From the IMG/VR virus record IMGVR_UViG_3300006922_000005: a DNA stretch of 64,000 nucleotides; one strand, given 5' to 3'. Origin of the DNA: a virus (lineage: Duplodnaviria; Caudoviricetes). Below, one piece after another: positions 63,239 through 64,000 of this stretch (positions are counted from its first letter, which is position 1; each line of letters starts with the position of its first letter). The position numbers and the translations under genes were made by a program. The notes under the pieces are model-generated. The model did no database searches. It saw only the letters and a program-made list of their open reading frames with translations, and had not been told where the DNA came from.

Positions 63239-64000
63239 TTTGTCCATCTCCAAGTTGATAATCTCTGTATTCGAAATCATTTTGTTGCATATTAATATTA
63301 TAACCATACTGTTGATCTAAACGTAATTCATAAAAGTTTCCTAATCCATCATCACGTCTTAATACCCAGTCAGGGTTTTGATCATACAGTTCTATTCCTG
63401 TTTCAGGATCTTTACCTAACTGTATACCTTTTTGTCTCGAGTCTAATGCTCCACGCATTAATCTTGCTAACTGTTGATTAATTAAATCTAATACGTTTGC
63501 AAGAAAGTTTTGTTCTAAAAAATCTATGTCTAAGTCAGTCATCCAAATATCTTTAGTTTGTGAACCAAGATAGTCTGAATTAAGTTCGTCAAATTCTAAA
63601 AAGTCAAATCCTAAAAAGTCTGCAAGTTTCTCTGCTCTTATTCTTTCTTCTTCGTCTGATATTTCTACAGGCTTACGAATGATTAATAAGTTTCCAATTA
63701 AACTTTCGTCAATGTCTAACATTAAAGGTTTGAGAGGATTATTCTTTGATGTTTCAACTACTGTTGCCTGAAATGCTTGATTAAGAATTACAGTACCAAC
63801 ATCAGAACTTACTTCAATTTCTCCTACAACACAGATTGCTGTTTTTCCATTACCGGAGCAACTAGGTAATAATATAATTGTTGAACTTCCTGTTTCATCT
63901 ACAGTCATTGAAAAGTCTGTACCACGTACACCAATTACTGCCGTTGGAGTTTTAATCTTTACATTCTGTCTAGAGTTCTTAGCAATTTGTCCAGATGCGT
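63210..64000 (-). CDS. FecR-domain protein (start lies beyond the right edge)
   Basis: The frame stays open to position 64000: ASGQIAKNSRQNVKIKTPTAVIGVRGTDFSM (TPTA-IGVRGT-F FecR motif). Confidence 0.8.
   Translation of the reverse strand, partial: ASGQIAKNSRQNVKIKTPTAVIGVRGTDFSMTVDETGSSTIILLPSCSGNGKTAICVVGEIEVSSDVGTVILNQAFQATVVETSKNNPLKPLMLDIDESLIGNLLIIRKPVEISDEEERIRAEKLADFLGFDFLEFDELNSDYLGSQTKDIWMTDLDIDFLEQNFLANVLDLINQQLARLMRGALDSRQKGIQLGKDPETGIELYDQNPDWVLRRDDGLGNFYELRLDQQYGYNINMQQNDFEYRDYQLGDGQNEIDIIQVQ

Overview
This is 64 kb of a large, AT-rich (about one-third GC by eye) T4-like tailed phage genome, with most genes on the minus strand. It is not a cellular chromosome. Spanin-like lysis genes and KDO genes indicate a Gram-negative host; an alphaproteobacterial host is my inference from the FdxA-type ferredoxin, the CHASE2 cyclase/FecR/curlin module and leaderless mRNAs. 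Left to right it carries: a family B DNA polymerase (cut by the left edge); a 7.4-kb late cluster of putative capsid-internal proteins with shared N-terminal leaders; a proteostasis operon (dnaJ-def-clpA); a lysis cassette (GH108, spanins, holin-like); phoH, ferredoxin, a 2OG-Fe(II) oxygenase, a clamp loader, MazG, GroES and a mini-DnaE; a baseplate-like protein and two long tail-fibre genes; iscA, sufT, a histone-H1-like protein, Cu/Zn SOD and uvsE; PMM, glycosyltransferase, kdsB, kdsA and queD; two clpP genes; three tRNAs (Ser-ACT, Leu-TAA, Arg-TCT); and a FecR-curlin-CHASE2 adenylate cyclase module (cut by the right edge). Two promoter classes are readable: sigma70-type TTGACA-N17-TATAAT and late TAAATA. 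No CRISPR array, transposon or code reassignment was seen. The strongest leads are: (1) a capsid-targeting-leader/polyprotein cargo system that appears to package enzymes (ART-like protein, HExxH peptidase, nucleotidase, eukaryote-type SOD); (2) leaderless TAAATA-N5-ATG late promoters; (3) a tRNA-Ser with the rare ACT anticodon; (4) a late-expressed surface-to-cAMP signalling module; and (5) two candidate structured RNAs. All product calls come from motif recognition; no database searches were run.
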